The notes below the pieces were generated by a model, which worked only from the letters and a program-made list of their open reading frames with translations, made no database searches and was not told the origin of the DNA. 64,000 bases of DNA from Acidobacteriota bacterium (GTDB taxonomy: Bacteria; Acidobacteriota; UBA6911; RPQK01; JAJDTT01): the NCBI GenBank assembly GCA_965217775.1, contig CBDCJH010000002.1, forward strand, positions 4,032,001 through 4,096,000, given 5' to 3'. Positions 60,101 to 64,000 of this stretch are shown piece after piece. Numbering within the stretch: position 1 is the stretch's first letter; each line of letters opens with the position of its first letter. A program made the translations under genes and the position numbers.

Positions 60101-60306
60101 GTGCATCCCGCCACGAGCCGCATGCGGCCGTCGTTTCGGACCAGCCCCTCGATTCCGCGCGCGGCCAAGGCCAGGGCTTGGGCATTGAAGTATCCGGTCA
60201 GCCGATCGTAGCGCTCAGCATCCTCCAGCGCAGGGATGTAGAACAGCTTGACGAGGTTTCCGTCATCAAGCGTATATTTGAGCTGCCACGTGCGATCGGC
60301 GAGCAT
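57124..60306 (-). CDS. PLD-nuclease + SNF2 helicase
   Basis: FHEKAG...GSLNET, LIADEVGLGKT, DEAHH, LTATP, EGLNFQ, WNP.RVEQRIGRIDR. Confidence 0.92.
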   Translation of the reverse strand: MLADRTWQLKYTLDDGNLVKLFYIPALEDAERYDRLTGYFNAQALALAARGIEGLVRNDGRMRLVAGCTLQPPEIEAIEKGEQLRDLVERRLTSLPLAPPDPASSDALELLAWMVARGYLDVKVAVPCDPNRKPIPADGIFHEKAGIIEDRVSDKIAWNGSLNETAAGWRDNWESINVYTSWGSEPRRVADEEANFAQIWANKAHRVIVLDVPDAVRQDLMRFMPASDLPARLKKPEPKSAKPSPENPEPEAKPPTKPMESPGGDLRSRVWSFIQRAPSLPQGGARVGEATSTIIPWPHQVRAFERLYRDWPPRLLIADEVGLGKTIQAGMLLRQAWLAGRAKRILILAPKAILKQWQVELREKFNLNWPIYDGRKLTWYPSPAYRGKNECNVDRHAWHRQPVVIASSHLVRRRDRAAALLEETEPWDLVVLDEAHHARRRAAGSPQQGGPNALLRLMQGLKDRTQGLVLLTATPMQVHPIEVWDLVHLLGLPPEWTAEAFLGFFDDIERVNPASDALERMARLFQSIERFFGETTTEKAQDLVALSRLKVNKVLRALRDDASIPRRQLETKERQAAVKIVRANTALGKLLSRHTRDLLRRYFKAGLLTTPIAERKVEDRFLEMTSEERALYDGVEDYIASTYNQASAKKRSAVGFVMTIYRRRLASSFNALHKTLQNHLDAIAAAEQVQLMGLDEDATEDEGLDDVPDADEVEELTRQALAAEEEADIQQLLGRIGGLPPDSKLHSLKDILHELRQDGYRQTMVFTQYTDTMDFLREELLKNADLRLMCFSGRGGEIPTADGSWRGIDRDEAKRRFRAGEADILLCTDAAAEGLNFQFCGTLINYDMPWNPMRVEQRIGRIDRLGQRHKIIRIVNLHYEGTVETDVYRALRSRIGLFESVVGRLQPILARLPQMISRTVLSGENRNARSRANVVDAIKHQAETAESRGFDIDAVTESDLTVPKQAPSPVTMEDLDRVIRSPDLMPPGFEVQRLGKREYSVLKPGMDKPVRVATDPAYYEAHAESLELWSPGNPLFTPPEFIMPADKSPAGKMLKDILDG

Positions 60307-60318
60307 GATCAGAGATCA

Positions 60319-63255
60319 TCAATCTTGCCACAGCTTCAGTTGCTGGGGCTCGTCGATCTCGTCGCTATAGGCGAGACGGGAGAGGTTGTAGAGCGCCTCG
60401 AAGTCGCTCCCTGAGGCCGCCACGTCGCCTTCGAGCTCGATGCCGCTGAAGGCCTTGGACACCGGTAGGACCTCGAGCACCGCTTCAAGCGCTGCGAAGA
60501 AGCTCGGCTCCTGGTCCACTCGTGCGTTGGCGAGCAATTCCTGGGCGGCCGACAGGGTGCGCACCCGGGCCATGTGAGCGGCATGGTGGATGGCGTCGAT
60601 CATGCCTCGGGAGCCATCCACCGGGCCCAGTGTCCCCTTGGCGGCCCGGCGGGCACTATCCCAGAGGAGGATATAGGCGCCCTTTTTCCCAGCGAGCCGG
60701 CCAACGATGTCACTATCGAGATCGATCCCGACAGCACGGGACAGCCTCAATGCCTCGTCGTAGGAGAACATCGGCGCCTTGAAGGCGTCCCACGCCAGGA
60801 CGAGGAACGCCGTGGCCGGGTCGAGATCGGCGTTGGCCTCGAGATGTGTCAATTGCTCCAGACGCCACCGCTTGACCTCGCGTCGCGCCGCGCCGAGCGC
60901 GTCCTCCGGTGTCGCGGCGTAAGGATCCCATTCCTCTTCAAACAGAATCTGCTGGCGCCGGCGCCGCCGCTCCTCCGGAGCCTCGCGTGGGGTGCCGCGC
61001 TTCAAAGGCCAGTGGCGTGAGAATTCCTCCAGCGCAGGGCCGAAGGAGGCGAGATAGAGATCGACTCCGGCAATGCCCGCCTCCTGGAATTCCTCGACTC
61101 GCTTTCGCACGGCCCGAGCGACGCGGGGCTCCACATCCTCCCAATACAGATTCTGTTCGGCCTTCGAATCCTCGTCCCGTGGTCGGCACACCAGAAAGAT
61201 CGTGCTTTTGGCGGCAGCCTTGTTCTTGATGTGGAGACTGCCTACGGCCTCGGTATTGATGGGCCATGACGCTGTGATGATGAAGCCCGCCTCCATCAGC
61301 CCCTTCGTGAGAGCGTCCCAGGCGCCGGTGGCCTTGTGAGTGAACATCAAGGTCATGACGCCCTCAGGCTTCAGGACCCGGCGGCACTCGGCAAAGATGG
61401 ACGCCATCCGTTCCTGGTAGTCTCGCCCTGCGAGCGCCCTGGCGCCCTTCTGGCCCTGGAACCTGGTCGGATTGGCGACAGCTTCGTTGTCCTTGTCGGT
61501 CAGGTGTCGGCGGAACAACTCGGGGAAGACATGACCGGCGGTGCGCTTGAGCCAGACATAGAAGAAGTCCGACAGCTCGGCATACATGACGTTGTCGTAA
61601 TAGGGCGGGTCCATGACCACTGCATCGACGCTGCCCTCGGCGATGTGGTCCAGGCTGTCGCCCGGCTTGCAGGTGATAGTGAGGGGTGGCGGAGTGTATT
61701 CCACTGCGTCGGCATCGTCGAACAGGCCGCCACTGGCGCCTTTCCCTTCCGGGCGAACCAGCCCGACGAGTTCCTTGATGCATTTGGCGGTCTGGTTGAT
61801 AGCCCAGTCATAGCCGAGGCCGACAATGAGAGGGGCCATTTCGGCATAGGACCATCTGAAAGAGAAGTCATGGCGCTGAAAAGTATGCGCCATGCGTAGC
61901 TTTCCCGTTTCCCACGTACAGCTTCGCGAATTCCAGTCCACCAATCGGTCTATGCTAAGCGCCAAGTACCCATATCCTGCTTGCCGAACCTCGTTTAACT
62001 TTCCTTCCGCCCGGTCCGCGTCGAGCATTTCGCGAAAGACCTCGACGCTCGTACCGTGGCAAAGAAGCTGGCGCGGCGAGAACAGATCCCGCCACAATGG
62101 CATGCCATATTGAATGGGACGATCATCGTTGCTGACCTCTGGAAATTTCTCGCTTGGAACGAAATCGAATGCCTCCCATTCGGGAAGTTTCCTGGCAAGT
62201 CTTGCCTGAATTTCAGCACCGTTGTCGTCCTCGGGCCGCGGCGCCCGGTAGCCTCGAACCCATTTGTCCTTTCCGCGCTTTCCCGACTTGAGGATCTTTA
62301 TGACGCGTTGCTTGTAAACGACCGCGAAGAGCTGGTCGCCCATTTGACCCGCCTGAGCTTGGCGCTTGATTTCGTCGCCGTCGACCACCCGCCCGCAATC
62401 AGGATAGGGACAGGTGCCGGCCCCTCGCGCTACAGTCCCGGAGGACTGCTCCTTCGCAGTCCGGACGATCTCGAACGAGCAGATTCGACCATCGGAACCC
62501 GGCCCGGATCCAAGTTCAGGCCTCAACCGAACGCCAGTTCCATCGGGTGTCAGCCGCCAGTTGGGCGATAACGGCACAAGGCCGTCGCAATAGGGACAGG
62601 TGATCGTGTGTGCCCAGAGATAAGTCAGGTCGACGCGGTCTGGCAGGTCCCTCTGGGGAAAGTACGCGCCGAGGCGAGCTTCAATACGCCGGCGCCACTC
62701 GGCAGCCAACTTATCGAATCGGCCTCTGACATCGTGGGAGTAAGCCGACGGCCACTCGACTGTGGCCTTCATGATCAAGGCAGCTACAGGATTCAGGTCG
62801 TTTGCAAGTGGCGCAATACCCATGCGTATCGTTTCGAATGGAATGCTTCCGCCACCTGCGGTCGGATCAAGGACGGTAAGATCTTTTATTGAATCGTCGA
62901 GCGTGGATCTCAGCCACGCTCTGTCAGTTTGCTCCAACAGGTACCCGAAGGCGCGGCCGTAGCCGTAAGGATTATTCACCCGGATTCCGGTCCTTCGCGC
63001 TCGGTCAATTACGTTTCGAGCCGCCACCGGATCGCCATGAATTCCGAGCACATGCAGGAACTTCTCCCGGTCGGCATCCGCGGGCAGAAGAGAGGCGAGA
63101 ACAGCCGCCCGCGAGGCCACCAACGGCCGGCGCGCCCACCAGACGTGGAGGCGGTTCGGCGCGGGGAACGGCGTCATAGGAGTCCGTTCTCGTACGCTTT
63201 CTACTCCAAGAGCCGCGATCGGCATCCAGCGTTCGATCAAGCGGGTATCAGGCAT
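60319..63255 (-). CDS. DUF1156 adenine DNA methyltransferase
   Basis: LHVWWARRPL, DPTAGGGSIP, CPYC Zn motifs, MDPPYYDN. Confidence 0.92.
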   Translation of the reverse strand: MPDTRLIERWMPIAALGVESVRERTPMTPFPAPNRLHVWWARRPLVASRAAVLASLLPADADREKFLHVLGIHGDPVAARNVIDRARRTGIRVNNPYGYGRAFGYLLEQTDRAWLRSTLDDSIKDLTVLDPTAGGGSIPFETIRMGIAPLANDLNPVAALIMKATVEWPSAYSHDVRGRFDKLAAEWRRRIEARLGAYFPQRDLPDRVDLTYLWAHTITCPYCDGLVPLSPNWRLTPDGTGVRLRPELGSGPGSDGRICSFEIVRTAKEQSSGTVARGAGTCPYPDCGRVVDGDEIKRQAQAGQMGDQLFAVVYKQRVIKILKSGKRGKDKWVRGYRAPRPEDDNGAEIQARLARKLPEWEAFDFVPSEKFPEVSNDDRPIQYGMPLWRDLFSPRQLLCHGTSVEVFREMLDADRAEGKLNEVRQAGYGYLALSIDRLVDWNSRSCTWETGKLRMAHTFQRHDFSFRWSYAEMAPLIVGLGYDWAINQTAKCIKELVGLVRPEGKGASGGLFDDADAVEYTPPPLTITCKPGDSLDHIAEGSVDAVVMDPPYYDNVMYAELSDFFYVWLKRTAGHVFPELFRRHLTDKDNEAVANPTRFQGQKGARALAGRDYQERMASIFAECRRVLKPEGVMTLMFTHKATGAWDALTKGLMEAGFIITASWPINTEAVGSLHIKNKAAAKSTIFLVCRPRDEDSKAEQNLYWEDVEPRVARAVRKRVEEFQEAGIAGVDLYLASFGPALEEFSRHWPLKRGTPREAPEERRRRRQQILFEEEWDPYAATPEDALGAARREVKRWRLEQLTHLEANADLDPATAFLVLAWDAFKAPMFSYDEALRLSRAVGIDLDSDIVGRLAGKKGAYILLWDSARRAAKGTLGPVDGSRGMIDAIHHAAHMARVRTLSAAQELLANARVDQEPSFFAALEAVLEVLPVSKAFSGIELEGDVAASGSDFEALYNLSRLAYSDEIDEPQQLKLWQD

Positions 63256-63336
63256 CGGTTCAGTTCCATGCTGGATCGTGTTCCAGGTCGAGTCGGTCGA
63301 TGGTCCTGAAATTCTCGATTCCCACGTAATCCAGCT

Positions 63337-63831
63337 TCACGACCGGCCCCTTTCTGTCCGCGGCTCGGTCAGAAGAAACCGCAGCGCCGCAAGCACTCGG
63401 CGCGGGTGCTTGCGATGCATCGCCATGCCAAGCCAATAAGCGGCTTCCTCGTGCCCCATGGCCTCGACCCCCTCGGCCACCGCCCTCATGTTGGCACGGC
63501 TTCGCATCGGGGCCAGCACACGGAACAGCAGGCCCAATGTCAACGCCAAATCTTCCGTGAGAGCATAGCCACGCTTTCTGGTGTCCGCGTTCCGTGAGGG
63601 CTTGATGCCGGATTGCGAAAGCCGCTTCAACACTCGGTGCTCGACCAGTTCGAGGTTCCGACCCCGAAGCCCGGCGACGCGCAAAGGCGACGTCACCTGC
63701 GGTGTGGCGGTGGCGGGCATCTGCCAGATTTCATACTCGGTGCCGACCGGCCCGTGGCGGCGTGCCCGCAACTCGTACCGGGGCGCGGATTCCGGCGTCT
63801 CGATCTGGGCGATTCTCTCCAGGCGCGCCAC
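63337..63831 (-). CDS. Small accessory protein of the DUF499/DUF1156 operon (DUF3780-like position)
   Basis: GTG start just after the upstream stop. C-terminal 'M..EEAAYWLGMA......R...ALR.LL'. Confidence 0.7.
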   Translation of the reverse strand: MARLERIAQIETPESAPRYELRARRHGPVGTEYEIWQMPATATPQVTSPLRVAGLRGRNLELVEHRVLKRLSQSGIKPSRNADTRKRGYALTEDLALTLGLLFRVLAPMRSRANMRAVAEGVEAMGHEEAAYWLGMAMHRKHPRRVLAALRFLLTEPRTERGRS

Positions 63832-63832
63832 C

Positions 63833-64000
63833 TTAAGCCTTGGCCTCCGCCTTGGCCGACACATAGGCGGCACCACTCGCGAACCGCGCCAGGCGCTCGG
63901 AGAGTTTCTCCCCCGCTTCCCCTTGCATGGAAAGCCCGTTGGCAAAGGTCAACTGGAACCCCGTCTCGATACTCTTGGAACTTGCGTCCCGAAGCTGAGC
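63833..64000 (-). CDS. C-terminus of a large upstream gene, probably the DUF499 ATPase (partial)
   Basis: Open frame AQLRDASSK...ERLARFASGAAYVSAKAEAKA*. Identity inferred mainly from operon order. Confidence 0.55.
   Translation of the reverse strand, partial: AQLRDASSKSIETGFQLTFANGLSMQGEAGEKLSERLARFASGAAYVSAKAEAKA

Overview
GC-rich bacterial window. The gene repertoire (PSD1/DUF1549-DUF1553 cytochrome, TPR + CRTAC1/ASPIC-UnbV pairs, carboxypeptidase-like-domain TonB receptor, GWxTD, PhyH dioxygenases) suggests Acidobacteriota; this is an inference. About 1-38 kb is mostly secreted, catabolic and transport genes. About 38.4-52.4 kb is a heavily rearranged accessory zone with TA modules, an M60 peptidase, a decayed copper amine oxidase and a 763-bp duplication. 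About 52.4-64 kb is an anti-phage island: a Menshen-like ATPase/TOPRIM-like/DUF262 trio and a DUF499-type restriction-like (Gao RL-like) operon. The most striking direct observation is a 158-bp hairpin MITE present in 4 copies with 4-bp target duplications. It adds exactly 162 nt (54 codons), is stop-free in 5 of 6 frames, and sits in-frame inside two protein genes. Two further MITE families occur, plus a co-oriented ~23-bp palindrome (GAGAAGGGGACAGTTACCTTCTC) that marks gene breakpoints across the accessory zone. No rRNA, tRNA or CRISPR array was seen. All family calls come from motif recognition by eye, not database searches.
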